Source of the DNA: an uncultured Gammaproteobacteria bacterium
GTDB taxonomy: Bacteria > Patescibacteriota > Patescibacteriia > UBA1558 > GWA2-36-10
Length of the DNA: 64,000 nt
Assembly (NCBI GenBank): GCA_964638415.1
Contig: CAZWYP010000003.1
Coordinates: 86,334-150,333, forward strand
Direction: 5' to 3'
Both the position numbers and the translations under genes were made by a program. Shown here piece by piece: positions 16,599-26,789 of this stretch. Each line of letters opens with the position of its first letter. Position 1 is the first letter of the stretch. The notes under the pieces were generated by a model. That model was given only the letters and a program-made list of their open reading frames with translations, was not told the DNA's origin and ran no database searches.

Positions 16599-16992
16599 AC
16601 AAGTCTTGCCAGTTTTTTCCCGGCTCTCCCCTACTAACCAAAATAATATTCTGCAAAGTCAATAAGCCCAGCGCTGCGCATTTTATTCTCCGAGGAGAAA
16701 TATCTATGCCTAAAAATCTAACCAAATCGCTGAAAGTCAATTTCAACACTTCTTCTTCAGTCTTACCCATTACCTGTTCAGATAAAATTGACATAGCTGC
16801 CTGAGAAATTGCACAGCCCTCTCCGGAAAATTTCAATTCTGTTATTTTGCTTTCTGTTATCTTTAGATCAATATCCAGCTTGTCTCCACAGGAAGAATTC
16901 TTGCCATGGCCAGTAAGCTTAGGATCTAGCAAAGAGCCAAAATTGCGCGGTGCCTTAGCGTGATCTAAAATATTCTGTGAATAAATATCCAT
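16597..16992 (-). CDS. sufU: Fe-S cluster assembly scaffold SufU/IscU-like (NifU N-terminal domain)
   Basis: The 131-aa product has conserved Cys in CGD and CAIS contexts typical of SufU. It is the last gene of the suf operon. Confidence 0.75.
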   Translation of the reverse strand: MDIYSQNILDHAKAPRNFGSLLDPKLTGHGKNSSCGDKLDIDLKITESKITELKFSGEGCAISQAAMSILSEQVMGKTEEEVLKLTFSDLVRFLGIDISPRRIKCAALGLLTLQNIILVSRGEPGKNWQDL

Positions 16993-18206
16993 TAGTGAAA
17001 TTTATTATTAATCTCTTTCAATACGGCAATAAGCTTATCGATTTCTGCCGTGGTATTGTAAAAGCTCAAAGAAGCGCGAACAGTACCGGGAATTTCCAGA
17101 TAATCATGCAAGGGCTGCGTACAGTGCTGACCAGCTCTCACAGCAATACCAGCTTGGCCTAATAAATCTCCGACATCATGACCATGAATGCCGTTAATAT
17201 TAAAAGCCACTGTAGGAATATGATGATTAATTTCTCGGTGCCCGTAAATCTCTACAAAATCCAATTTGCCCATAGCTGTTAAAAGATACTCTGTTAATTT
17301 CTTTTCCTGAGCTTGGATTTTTTCCCAGCCTAATTGCTGGATAAAATCTACGGCCGCTCCCAAGCCGACTACACCGGCAATATGCGGAGTGCCGGCTTCA
17401 AATTTGTAAGGCAATTCATTGGTAGTGAATTTATCCGTAAACACTTCGTCAATCATATCGCCGCCGCCTAAAAACGCCGGCATAGCTGCTAAAATCTCCT
17501 TCCGGCCATATAATACTCCTAAGCCCGTCGGCCCAAAAGTCTTGTGGGAAGAAAATGCCAGCCAATCGCAATCAAGCTTTTGCACATCCAACGGCTCATG
17601 GCCAGAGCTTTGAGAAGCGTCCAACAGCACCTTAATTCCCCTGTCTTTAGCTTTAGCTAATAGGTTAGTTAAATCATGCTTAATGCCCAAGGTATTGGAA
17701 ATAGTCTGGATAGTCAATAATTTAACTTGGGGATTATCTAATAACTTATTAGCTAAAGGCAAATTAAGCTGGCCGTCTTTAAGATCAATAAACTCCAGCT
17801 TGATTTTTTTCTTTTCTGCCAACTGCAGCCAAGGCACAATATTGGAATGATGTTCCGCAATGGATAAGACTATTACATCACCCTCCTGCAAGTTAATTTC
17901 TCCCCAAGTGCGTGCCACTAAATTAAGGCTCTCTGTCGCATTACGGGTAAATACAATTTCCTGGACACTAGCCGCGTTAATGAATTTTCTAATCTTCTCT
18001 CTGGCTGCTTCATATTTCTCAGTAGCCGACTCCGCCAAGCAATTCATACTGCGGTGGACATTGGAATTGCTGGTCAGGTAAAAATCACTAACTGCTTCTA
18101 CAACTGCTTTTGGTTTCTGGGTAGTAGCGCCATTGTCAAAATAGACCAAAGACTGACCATTAATTTCTTCCTGCAAAATAGGAAACTGACTTCTAATTTC
18201 CTCCAT
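16992..18206 (-). CDS. sufS: Cysteine desulfurase SufS (class V aminotransferase)
   Basis: The 404-aa product has the PLP-lysine motif SSHKTFGPTGLGVLYG and active-site Cys in the AGQHCTQP context. Confidence 0.85.
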   Translation of the reverse strand: MEEIRSQFPILQEEINGQSLVYFDNGATTQKPKAVVEAVSDFYLTSNSNVHRSMNCLAESATEKYEAAREKIRKFINAASVQEIVFTRNATESLNLVARTWGEINLQEGDVIVLSIAEHHSNIVPWLQLAEKKKIKLEFIDLKDGQLNLPLANKLLDNPQVKLLTIQTISNTLGIKHDLTNLLAKAKDRGIKVLLDASQSSGHEPLDVQKLDCDWLAFSSHKTFGPTGLGVLYGRKEILAAMPAFLGGGDMIDEVFTDKFTTNELPYKFEAGTPHIAGVVGLGAAVDFIQQLGWEKIQAQEKKLTEYLLTAMGKLDFVEIYGHREINHHIPTVAFNINGIHGHDVGDLLGQAGIAVRAGQHCTQPLHDYLEIPGTVRASLSFYNTTAEIDKLIAVLKEINNKFH

Positions 18207-18882
18207 ATAATTTATGCTTAATAATTGACATAATCTGCTCTCTAATTTTTACTTCGGGAATATCATTTACCAATTCGCCAAACATGCCGCTGGCAAAAAG
18301 GCTTTTAGCCTGTTCAGATTTAATGCCGCGGGATTTAAGATAAAACAACTGCTCTTCATCCAACATGCTAATCTTAGCCGCATGCGATGCTTTAACATCA
18401 TTAGCTTCAATCTGTAAACCGGGAATCATTTCCACTTTAGCCTCCCTGTCCATAATTACTCCCTGCATATCCAAATAGGCATCGGTTTTCTGCGCTCCGG
18501 GATTAATTACTATCTGACCGTCGCAAACTGCTTTGGCTTGTTCCTGCACCAATCCTCTGACTATGAATCTACCAAAAGAGCCGGGAGCAGCAAAAATATA
18601 CTTTTCCTGCCAGGATAGACTTTGCTCTTTGTTAGCGGCAAACAGCAAATAATGATTAACCTTAGTCCTCTGCCCTAAAACATACTCCAAGACTACTTTC
18701 ACATTATACTCACCAAAATAGCAATAGTAAATATTAGTCTCTGCCTGGTCGCCAATTACGATCTTAATCTTTTCATCAATATCCTGCTCAAAGTCTGGGG
18801 AAATAAAAAAAACATAATCTTCTTTAGCGCCTTGAGCTAAAACAATCTCTGTTTCCGGTAATTGGTTAATTAGAGTCTTCAT
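18193..18882 (-). CDS. sufD: Fe-S cluster assembly protein SufD-like (short form)
   Basis: The 229-aa product sits between sufB and sufS. Its C-terminal beta-helix region resembles SufB/SufD. Confidence 0.6.
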   Translation of the reverse strand: MKTLINQLPETEIVLAQGAKEDYVFFISPDFEQDIDEKIKIVIGDQAETNIYYCYFGEYNVKVVLEYVLGQRTKVNHYLLFAANKEQSLSWQEKYIFAAPGSFGRFIVRGLVQEQAKAVCDGQIVINPGAQKTDAYLDMQGVIMDREAKVEMIPGLQIEANDVKASHAAKISMLDEEQLFYLKSRGIKSEQAKSLFASGMFGELVNDIPEVKIREQIMSIIKHKLYGGN

Positions 18883-18886
18883 ACTT

Positions 18887-20305
18887 TTATCCTACGCTTC
18901 CTTCCATTTCCAATTGAATCATTCTATTCATTTCAATGGCATACTCCAAAGGTAATTCCCGGGTAATAGGTTCAATAAAGCCATTGACGATAAGTGCAGC
19001 GGCTGCCGCTTTATCCAAACCCCGAGACTGCAGATAAAATATGTCTTCTTCGGAAATCTTGCCGGTAGTAGCCTCATGGGCAATAGTAGCGGTGGGATTC
19101 TGTATTTTCATCACCGGAATAGTATCCGAACGTGACTCTTCATCCAGTAATAAAGCGTCGCAATTAACCTGCGATGCGCAATGCTCAGCTCCTGGTTTAA
19201 TCTCTAACAGACCCCGGTAAATACCAATACCCCCGCCCCGACTGATGCTTTTCATAGTAACTGTTGAACTGGTATTGGACGCTAAATGCAATACTTTAGC
19301 GCCAGTATCCTGCACTTGGCCAGTATTGGAAAAAGCCAGTCCTAGATGGTCGGCCGTAGCGCCAGCACCCATTAAAACAGAACAGGGATAAAGCATAGTC
19401 ACCTTGCTGCCGAAATTACCACCCACCCATTCCATATGAGCATCTCTTTCCACCAGTGCCCGCTTGGTATTGAGATTGTAGGCATCCTTGCTCCAGCTTT
19501 CTACACTGCTGTAGCGGAAACGGGCATTGGGTTTAACAAAAATCTCCACACAGCCGGCATGCAAAGAATCTACTCCGTATCTGGGAGCAGAACAGCCTTC
19601 AATATAATGACCTTGGGCGCTGTCTTCCACAACAATTAAGGTATGTTCAAATTGACCCATGCCTTTGGCATTCATCCTAAAATATGCCTGCAAAGGCAAA
19701 TCCACCTTAACTCCTTTGGGAATATACAGGAAGGTGCCGCCGGACCAGACTGCTCCGTGCAAAGCGGCAAATTTATGCAGATTAGGCGGTATGCATTTCA
19801 TAAAATACTGCTGGACTAAATCCGGATGATCCCTTAAAGCCACATCCATATCTTCAAAGATCACTCCCTGCTCTTTGAATCTTTCCTTAAGGCTATGGTA
19901 AATAACCGTGGACTCATACTGAGCACCAACACCAGCCAGCACTTTTTGCTCTGCCTGCGGTATGCCTAGCTTGTCAAAAGTAGTTTTAATTTCTGCCGGC
20001 ACCTCTTCCCAAGTCTGCGCTGGACTGTCTGTCGCTTTAGCATAATAAGTAATGGTGTCTAAATCTAGTTTGCTTAAATCCGGACCCCAAACAGGCAAAG
20101 GCAGCTCACGAAATAACTGCAAGCTTTTAAGGCGATGCTCAAGCATCCAAGAGGGCTCCTTCTTTTCCTTAGAAATTAATCTCACCAAATCCTCGTCAAT
20201 GCCGCACCGGGAATTCTTCATATAATCGCTGGAATTGGCATTTTCCCAAGCGGCCTTGGTAGTACTATCTTCTTTAATTAAGTTGTTTAATTGCGGTTCA
20301 GGCAT
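18887..20305 (-). CDS. sufB: Fe-S cluster assembly protein SufB
   Basis: The 472-aa product is characteristic of SufB. Its stop overlaps the sufC start. Confidence 0.85.
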   Translation of the reverse strand: MPEPQLNNLIKEDSTTKAAWENANSSDYMKNSRCGIDEDLVRLISKEKKEPSWMLEHRLKSLQLFRELPLPVWGPDLSKLDLDTITYYAKATDSPAQTWEEVPAEIKTTFDKLGIPQAEQKVLAGVGAQYESTVIYHSLKERFKEQGVIFEDMDVALRDHPDLVQQYFMKCIPPNLHKFAALHGAVWSGGTFLYIPKGVKVDLPLQAYFRMNAKGMGQFEHTLIVVEDSAQGHYIEGCSAPRYGVDSLHAGCVEIFVKPNARFRYSSVESWSKDAYNLNTKRALVERDAHMEWVGGNFGSKVTMLYPCSVLMGAGATADHLGLAFSNTGQVQDTGAKVLHLASNTSSTVTMKSISRGGGIGIYRGLLEIKPGAEHCASQVNCDALLLDEESRSDTIPVMKIQNPTATIAHEATTGKISEEDIFYLQSRGLDKAAAAALIVNGFIEPITRELPLEYAIEMNRMIQLEMEGSVG

Positions 20306-21054
20306 TATTGTTTAATTAAATGCTGGTAGCCCTTCTCCTCTATTTCTTCTGCCAAATCCGCATTGCCAGATTTAATAATCTGCCCATCCACCATAATATG
20401 GATTTTGTCAGGTTTTAAATAGCGCAAAATACGATTGTAATGGGTAATTAGCAGAATTGACCGCTTATCATTACGCCAATCATTTGCTGCTTCGCCAATA
20501 ACCTTTAAAGCATCAACATCCAAGCCGGAATCAGTTTCATCCAAGATAGCCAACTTGGGTTCTAAAACATATAATTGCAGCATTTCCATTTTTTTCTTCT
20601 CTCCTCCGGAAAATCCATAATTTAAGCTGCGGCTTAAAAACTCCGGCTTAATATTAAGCCGGGCGGCTATTGTTTGTAATTTTTTTTCAAAATCAAAAAC
20701 AGATAAGGAAACACATTGGGGATCACGGGCTTTAGCTATTTCATTATACGCCAGATACAAAAACTGATTTAACGGCACACCCATGATTTCCCGCGGATAT
20801 TGGAAACTCATAAACATTCCCAAAGCTGCTCGCTCTTCCGGCGCTAAATCATTAATTACTTGCCTTTCCCATTTAATTTCTCCGCCGGAAATTACATACT
20901 TAGGATGGCCCATTAGAACATTGGCTAAAGTTGACTTACCCGAACCATTTGGTCCCATGATTACCTGCACCTCTCCAGCCGCTAATGATAAATCTATACC
21001 CTTAAGTATTGACTGGTCATTTATCTGCGCTTTTAATCCTTTTACTTCCAACAT
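20305..21054 (-). CDS. sufC: Fe-S cluster assembly ATPase SufC
   Basis: The 249-aa product has Walker A GPNGSGKST, an ABC signature and Walker B LAILDETDSGLD. Confidence 0.9.
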   Translation of the reverse strand: MLEVKGLKAQINDQSILKGIDLSLAAGEVQVIMGPNGSGKSTLANVLMGHPKYVISGGEIKWERQVINDLAPEERAALGMFMSFQYPREIMGVPLNQFLYLAYNEIAKARDPQCVSLSVFDFEKKLQTIAARLNIKPEFLSRSLNYGFSGGEKKKMEMLQLYVLEPKLAILDETDSGLDVDALKVIGEAANDWRNDKRSILLITHYNRILRYLKPDKIHIMVDGQIIKSGNADLAEEIEEKGYQHLIKQ

Positions 21055-21116
21055 AAATAAATAATAAATTATTGGTAATTAAAACATTTAAAGACTGGCA
21101 TGTCAATTTATTCACC

Positions 21117-21145
21117 TTGACATAATTTAATGAATATTATATAAA
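21117..21145 (+). promoter_or_regulatory. Sigma70-like promoter (TTGACA-N17-TATAAA) for the 21187 gene
   Basis: A consensus -35 is present. RBS aggagg sits 6 nt upstream of the ATG. Confidence 0.5.
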
Positions 21146-21186
21146 GAATTACTTTAGTTCATTTTCACCATTGGCCAGGAGGCGCC

Positions 21187-21573
21187 ATGAAAGGCTTTGT
21201 TCATGTTGTCTTTTTTGCTATTCCCCCTAAAAGGCGGGGGAAATTTTCTGAAGACATTCACTATGAAAACCTGCCGATTCGCGTTGAACACGCGGACACG
21301 GAAGAAGAGGGCTGGTCGCTGCTCAACAATCTACCCAACGAATTGAAACATAATTCTGCGCTGGTAATTATTGTTCCGCAGAAAACTGATTTGATCAAAA
21401 CCATCCGCAAGGAATACCGCCTAGCTACCATTCTGGTTTGGGATGAGAAGATCTGCTCTCCAAAAGCCAAAAAAGCCGGCGCCAATGCTGCATTCAACTA
21501 CAGCTGGCATATGACTATCCAGCTGCTAAGAGAAATAATGAACTGTGCCGAAGAATTAGAAGCTTCCGTTTAA
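21187..21573 (+). CDS. Hypothetical protein (128 aa), GC-rich; distant paralog of the next gene
   Basis: The gene has its own promoter, RBS and terminator. Its product shares a pattern with the downstream ORF (…ALVIIVPQKTDLIKTIRKEYRLATILVW vs …LLAIIPADENLAALLKQVWPEIKFIFW). Confidence 0.5.
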   Translation: MKGFVHVVFFAIPPKRRGKFSEDIHYENLPIRVEHADTEEEGWSLLNNLPNELKHNSALVIIVPQKTDLIKTIRKEYRLATILVWDEKICSPKAKKAGANAAFNYSWHMTIQLLREIMNCAEELEASV

Positions 21574-21596
21574 CGGAAGCTTTTTGTTTGACAAAA
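21559..21596 (+). terminator. Rho-independent terminator overlapping the stop codon
   Basis: Hairpin aagcttccgt/acggaagctt is followed by tttgttt. Confidence 0.6.
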
Positions 21597-21651
21597 TGCC
21601 TAATAAAATGATAAAAATAACTAATTAAATTGTACTTTACAGGAGAATACC

Positions 21652-22041
21652 ATGCTCACCGGCATATTTATCTATACTCTGCCAAAACTGGATCCTAAAG
21701 AGCCAGATCTGCAAGAACAGCTGTTTGCCGCCTGCCTCCAGGCAGACATCCAGCAGCTCTACGGCTGTTCCACTATTCCTGATTTATTCGGCAAGATTGA
21801 AAATTTCCGCTTTCATCACCGAGAAAAAGAACACCAATTGCTGGCCATCATTCCCGCCGATGAAAATTTAGCGGCTTTACTCAAGCAAGTTTGGCCGGAA
21901 ATTAAATTCATCTTTTGGAGCCGAGAATTGGCCAGTGACGAAGTGTTTAATCGTTGGCATCCAATGTCGGCCGGCCGTTACCACGACCAGAATGATCTGG
22001 ATGACTTTATCCGTATCATTTTGTCTTTGTTGGCAGAATAA
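21652..22041 (+). CDS. Hypothetical protein (129 aa), GC-rich; paralog of the 21187 gene
   Basis: A TTGACA-N18-TAAAAT promoter-like element lies at 21588-21617 and RBS aggaga is present. The product has length and a hydrophobic pattern similar to the upstream ORF. Confidence 0.5.
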   Translation: MLTGIFIYTLPKLDPKEPDLQEQLFAACLQADIQQLYGCSTIPDLFGKIENFRFHHREKEHQLLAIIPADENLAALLKQVWPEIKFIFWSRELASDEVFNRWHPMSAGRYHDQNDLDDFIRIILSLLAE

Positions 22042-22043
22042 AA

Positions 22044-22085
22044 AAACCGCTCCTAGAAGCAATCTTCAGGAGCGGATTTTATTTT
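22044..22085 (+). terminator. Rho-independent terminator
   Basis: An 8-bp stem ccgctcct/aggagcgg is followed by attttatttt. Confidence 0.6.
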
Positions 22086-22095
22086 AAATAATAAC

Positions 22096-22170
22096 TGGTA
22101 CCGCTACGGGGAATCGAACCCCGATTACCAGATTGAGAATCTGATGTCCTAACCGTTAGACGATAGCGGC
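22096..22170 (-). tRNA. tRNA-Glu (anticodon CTC), CCA encoded
   Basis: The Glu-type D-arm gtctaacggttaggac is present. The anticodon stem tcaga/tctgg carries loop ttCTCaa. The T-arm is cggggttcgattccccg. The acceptor gccgcta/tagcggt has a G1-U72 wobble. Confidence 0.7.
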
Positions 22171-22214
22171 AAATAAGAATTTTTAGCAGAAAAAAACAAA
22201 AAAGTCAACCTAGT

Positions 22215-23516
22215 TTATTTCTTAGACCACTCTCCGTCTTGCCTGACTAACAATTCCTTAGCCTCCCAGGGACTGGCCATAATCTCATAAACCACCTTTT
22301 CCATTCTCATCCCCTGCGAGCCTTTGACTAAAACTAAATCATTGTCTTTAAGGCGATCCTGCAGAAACAATCCCGCCTCAGCAGTAAAAGGAAAATGGTA
22401 AATCCGGTCTTCCGACAAACCAGCTTCTTTAGCACCTTTGGCAATATCCCGGGAGCGTTCACCAACTACATAAAGATAATCTATGCCTAATTTAGCTACT
22501 AATTGGCCGATTTCCTGATGGGCTTTTTCCGAAATTTTTCCCAGCTCCAGCATATCTCCTAATACCGCTACCTTATGGCCAGAGTTTGGCAATTTAGCTA
22601 GAATTTCCAAAGCTACTTCTGCCGATTGGGGCGCAGAATTGTAAGTATCGTCAATAATCCAGCTATGCTTAATGCCCGGCAATAAGTTAGTCCTTCCCAA
22701 AGCCGGTTTATAATTCTTAAACTGGCTAATTATTTCCGACCAAGATAGATTATAAACCGAAGCAACAGCAACAGCAGCGGCTAATGCTACCGCATGCTGC
22801 CGGCCTAAGATATTGGGCAGGAATATTTCTGACTGCTCATTGTTAAAGCTTAATTTAAAAGCGGTGCCGTAAGTGTCCTGCTGTTTAATAAAATCTATGT
22901 CAGATAATTTTACCTGGGCATTGTCTTTAACGCCGTAAGTTCTGACCTGGCAGCGGCAATGCTCAATTAAGCCGGCTACCACTTCATCATCCTGGTTTAA
23001 AATCGCCCAATCGCTGTGCTGCAATGGCCTTAAAATCTTGCTTTTCTCGGCTAGAATATTTTCCAGGCTGCCAAAATGTTCTAAATGGCTGGGGCCAATG
23101 GCAGTAATGACTGAAACGTTGGGAGTGACAATAGATAAGAGGTAATCCATGTCATTGATCCGGTCCACTCCCATTTCCAGCACCAGAATTTCCGGATACT
23201 TCTTATTGGTTAATACAATCAGTGACAAAGCATGATAAAAAATCTCCAGCCAGCGGAAAATGTTTCTGCCTCCGGAATGCCGCCCAATAATCGTCAAGGG
23301 CAAGCCAATTTCATTATTGTAATTCTTAATATTGCGCCTGACTCTGAACTTATTCTTCAGGACGGCAAAAATAGCTTCCTTGGTAGAAGTCTTGCCGACT
23401 GAACCGGTAATACCAATGACCTTTGGCCGGTACTTGGCCAATATTGCCCTGGCTAAATGCTTCAGGATTAACTCCAGTATTTTCTTCATATAATAAAACT
23501 GGTTGTATTCTAACAA
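22215..23516 (-). CDS. murF: UDP-N-acetylmuramoyl-tripeptide--D-alanyl-D-alanine ligase
   Basis: The 433-aa product has the Mur ligase P-loop GITGSVGKTSTKE and central and C-terminal Mur ligase domains. Confidence 0.85.
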   Translation of the reverse strand: MLEYNQFYYMKKILELILKHLARAILAKYRPKVIGITGSVGKTSTKEAIFAVLKNKFRVRRNIKNYNNEIGLPLTIIGRHSGGRNIFRWLEIFYHALSLIVLTNKKYPEILVLEMGVDRINDMDYLLSIVTPNVSVITAIGPSHLEHFGSLENILAEKSKILRPLQHSDWAILNQDDEVVAGLIEHCRCQVRTYGVKDNAQVKLSDIDFIKQQDTYGTAFKLSFNNEQSEIFLPNILGRQHAVALAAAVAVASVYNLSWSEIISQFKNYKPALGRTNLLPGIKHSWIIDDTYNSAPQSAEVALEILAKLPNSGHKVAVLGDMLELGKISEKAHQEIGQLVAKLGIDYLYVVGERSRDIAKGAKEAGLSEDRIYHFPFTAEAGLFLQDRLKDNDLVLVKGSQGMRMEKVVYEIMASPWEAKELLVRQDGEWSKK

Positions 23517-23520
23517 AAAA

Positions 23521-23556
23521 AAGACCAGCAGCCAAGAGGTCTTCAGGCTAAGGCAA
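23521..23556 (-). terminator. Terminator downstream of ftsI
   Basis: On the minus strand, hairpin aagacc…ggtctt is followed by tttttttt. Confidence 0.5.
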
Positions 23557-23649
23557 TTAAGGCTTTATCTTTTGTAAAGCAAATATACTTCCAGCCAATT
23601 ATTAAGCTCCAAAACCAATAGCATTATTAGGCTGGCATGTCTTTTTTTA

Positions 23650-25458
23650 TCATCGATCTGGGGGTACTTGGTAATACTCCAATAAAAACTTGGCAATTTC
23701 CCCAAATAAAGGCGTGGCGGTTGCTTCGGCAAAACGCGCCGCGGTCGGATAATCCAATTTGGTAATCATGGTAAATTTAGGATTAGTAATTGGCGCAAAG
23801 CCAACAAAGCTATGAATAGTGCGATCAGTAGCATAGCGCCCGGTACCAGGATCAGCCACTTGAGCCGTGCCGGTCTTGCCAGCTACATAATATCCTTCTA
23901 CTTGCGCCCGCTGCGCATGGCCAGCGGGATTATCTACCACCTGAACCAGCATCGCCGCTAGCGTAGAGGCGGTATTTTCCGAAATAACCTTGCGCAATAC
24001 TTTAGGCTTGAACTCCTCTACTTCGCCATTAAGATGTTTAACCTGGCTGACAAGATAAGGCTCTACCAGCTGTCCGCGATTGGCAATAACATTAAAAGCG
24101 GAAACCATCTGCAAGGGAGTCACGGTAATTCCCTGTCCATAGGAAGCAGTGGCTTTGTAAATATCTCCTTTTTTAGCTAAAGAGCTGATATCTCCAGCCG
24201 TCTCCTGGCTGATCTTAATTCCTGTCAGCTTGCCAAAGCCGAATCGCTCCATATAATCTTCAAAGATTTTATTATTCACCTCATGAGTGGCAAAAATAAT
24301 ACCGGTATTATATGAACCAACTAAAACGTCAGTCATATTGACTAAGCCGTGAGCTTTTAGATCGGAATTCCTAATGGTAAATTCCGCAATCTTTTCCTCG
24401 CCCTTATCCTCATAAAGCGTATCTGGAGATACTTTATTGGTGTCCAAAGCAATGGCCATAGCAATCGCTTTCATTACTGAACCCGGCTCATAAGCATGAT
24501 AGACTGCCAGATTATTGTAAGTGTCAATTGACTCTACCTCATTGTATTTATTGGGATCAAAGTTGGGATAATTGCACATGGCTCTAATCGCTCCGGTGGC
24601 AGTTTCCATGACAATTACCGAACCGCCTTTAGCATCATACAAAGCAATCGCTTTATCCAAAGACTTACACGCCTGATACTGAACATTGCGATCAATGGTT
24701 AAGACTAAATCAGCACCATTCTCTAAACTTACTTCCCTGGTGAAATCAAAAGGAATAATGCGTCCGGTGCTGTCGCGGTCAGCTACTAATTGTCCGCCCA
24801 GTCCGGCTAAATCTTTTTCCCAATAGCCTTCTAATCCGTATTTTCCTACTCGTGTGACACCATCATCAGCATAGCCTAAGAATCCCAGCATATTGCTGCC
24901 AATTTCCTTATCTGGATAAAATCTTAAAATCTGCTTATCCCAATAAATGCCAGTGCCTGCTACTTTGTCTTTTTCCGCCTTATCCTTATTAATCTCTGCC
25001 AATAAATTATCTAATTTAACTTGCAAATTTTTAACTTCTTCCTCGCTGGCCTGTTTTTTAATTGCTTCGTACTTATCATTAGTTAACTCCAATTTGCCTA
25101 AAATTAATTCTCGGTCAACATCTAATACTTCAGATAGAATATCCGCTAAATTCTGGGGTCGCGACACTTCCGTAGGATTAGCATATACCTCATAATACAC
25201 TTGGTTAATAGCCAAGGGGTATAATTCCGCATCAGCCTTGTTATTAACCAGAGCAAAAATCTCTCCCCGCTCCGGCTGCAGAACATTAATTGTCCGATGT
25301 TGCTGGGAAGCAATTGCCCGGTATTTTTCGTGGTTAAGCACCTGCAGATAAAATAAACGGGAGATAATGCACAATACCAATAAAAAAATAACCGCTTGCA
25401 GGCTATTTATTCTAAAATTGCTGACAACTTCCTGATTTTGCCGCTTAAATAAATACAT
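23650..25458 (-). CDS. ftsI: Penicillin-binding protein 2 / FtsI (class B transpeptidase)
   Basis: The 602-aa product has an N-terminal TM anchor, a dimerisation domain, and a transpeptidase domain with SxxK, SxN and KTGT motifs (AGKTGTAQ). Confidence 0.85.
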   Translation of the reverse strand: MYLFKRQNQEVVSNFRINSLQAVIFLLVLCIISRLFYLQVLNHEKYRAIASQQHRTINVLQPERGEIFALVNNKADAELYPLAINQVYYEVYANPTEVSRPQNLADILSEVLDVDRELILGKLELTNDKYEAIKKQASEEEVKNLQVKLDNLLAEINKDKAEKDKVAGTGIYWDKQILRFYPDKEIGSNMLGFLGYADDGVTRVGKYGLEGYWEKDLAGLGGQLVADRDSTGRIIPFDFTREVSLENGADLVLTIDRNVQYQACKSLDKAIALYDAKGGSVIVMETATGAIRAMCNYPNFDPNKYNEVESIDTYNNLAVYHAYEPGSVMKAIAMAIALDTNKVSPDTLYEDKGEEKIAEFTIRNSDLKAHGLVNMTDVLVGSYNTGIIFATHEVNNKIFEDYMERFGFGKLTGIKISQETAGDISSLAKKGDIYKATASYGQGITVTPLQMVSAFNVIANRGQLVEPYLVSQVKHLNGEVEEFKPKVLRKVISENTASTLAAMLVQVVDNPAGHAQRAQVEGYYVAGKTGTAQVADPGTGRYATDRTIHSFVGFAPITNPKFTMITKLDYPTAARFAEATATPLFGEIAKFLLEYYQVPPDR

Positions 25459-25474
25459 TGCGCTTATTTTTTAT

Positions 25475-25819
25475 TTATTTCAAAGCCACCGCGTCGCTGC
25501 CATTGGCCAGGTAATACACATCCTTGGTCTGCACCAAGCTTAAATTCTTACTGGCATTTTCAATCCGCTCAATGGACTGCAATTCTCCAGACTGGACATT
25601 CAACAGCAGTATCTGGTGTTCAGTCTCCTGCAAGGTCTGGCTTAAGTCATTCAGCTTGAAGCTTTGGCTAGAAGCGTGATTAACGGAAAATAGGTAAACC
25701 AGCCAAATGGCTGCTAAGGAAAAAACCATCATTTTTTTAGCGGCAGGCAAGAATTTCTTCATGTCAAATTTATTCTTGAATGAATTATACATATTTTTAT
25801 TTTTGTTTTTATTGATCAA
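25475..25819 (-). CDS. ftsL: Cell division protein FtsL-like (small bitopic membrane protein)
   Basis: The 114-aa product has a single TM helix and a coiled-coil region. Its position between rsmH and ftsI is conserved. Confidence 0.6.
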   Translation of the reverse strand: MINKNKNKNMYNSFKNKFDMKKFLPAAKKMMVFSLAAIWLVYLFSVNHASSQSFKLNDLSQTLQETEHQILLLNVQSGELQSIERIENASKNLSLVQTKDVYYLANGSDAVALK

Positions 25820-25820
25820 A

Positions 25821-26789
25821 TTATATTTTCTCTACTACCCGCAAGACGGCACTACGGCTGCGGGGATTTTTAGCCAACTCCTCTGCTTGAGGCTTAATGG
25901 CTTTCTTGTTAACCAGCTTCAGACTAGCTTGATGATGGCAAGTGCAGACTGGCAGTTGAGGCGGGCATAAGCAGCCTTTGCTTTCCTGCTGGAAATAATT
26001 CTTCACTATTCTGTCTTCCAAAGAATGAAAGCTGATGATTGCCAAACGGCCGCCGCTTACCAAAGCCTTAACAGCTTGGGGCAGAAAATTCTTAACATTA
26101 TTCAATTCCTGATTAACGGCAATGCGCAGAGCCTGGAAAACCTTGGTAGCTGGGTGAATGCGGAATTTAGGCAAATCCTTGTCTTGGATATTCAAAATCT
26201 GGAGTATGACGGAGACGAACACGGAAGTTCTAATATTTATTTGTTTTTGTTTTTGCGAACTTCTATATTTTATTATGCCTCTAGCGAGGCGAAGGGCTTG
26301 TGATTCTTCGCCATACTCCCGAAAGATTTTGTAAATTTCATGTTCCGGCCAGGTCAGGACAATATCTGAAGCGGTTAAGGCCTGATGCTCTGGGTCAAAA
26401 CGCATGTCTAAAGGGCCGGTATCGCGGAAAGAAAAGCCCCGCTGTGCTTGATCCAACTGGTCGGAAGATAAGCCTAAATCGGCAATAATGCCGTTAATAG
26501 GCAGCAGGTCCGGAAATTTCTTCAATTGTTCAGTCAATTCTGCATAATTAGCATTGACAATGTGCAATCTGTTTTTAAACTTATTTAATCTCTGTTTAGC
26601 AGCAGCAATCGCTCTCTGATCCAGTTCAAAAGCCAGTACTCTGCCGTTTGGCCCTGATTTTTCCAACAAAGCCTCCGCGTGTCCGCCACCGCCTAAAGTG
26701 CAGTCTATGAAATTCTGGTTCGCAGTCGGCTGCAATAAGGTAATTACTTCCTTCAACAAGACGCTCTGATGGCGATAGGAAATTGGCAT
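25821..26789 (-). CDS. rsmH: 16S rRNA (cytosine1402-N4)-methyltransferase RsmH (MraW)
   Basis: The 322-aa product has a SAM-binding motif (DCTLGGGGHAEALL). It sits after mraZ, which is conserved. Confidence 0.9.
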   Translation of the reverse strand: MPISYRHQSVLLKEVITLLQPTANQNFIDCTLGGGGHAEALLEKSGPNGRVLAFELDQRAIAAAKQRLNKFKNRLHIVNANYAELTEQLKKFPDLLPINGIIADLGLSSDQLDQAQRGFSFRDTGPLDMRFDPEHQALTASDIVLTWPEHEIYKIFREYGEESQALRLARGIIKYRSSQKQKQINIRTSVFVSVILQILNIQDKDLPKFRIHPATKVFQALRIAVNQELNNVKNFLPQAVKALVSGGRLAIISFHSLEDRIVKNYFQQESKGCLCPPQLPVCTCHHQASLKLVNKKAIKPQAEELAKNPRSRSAVLRVVEKI

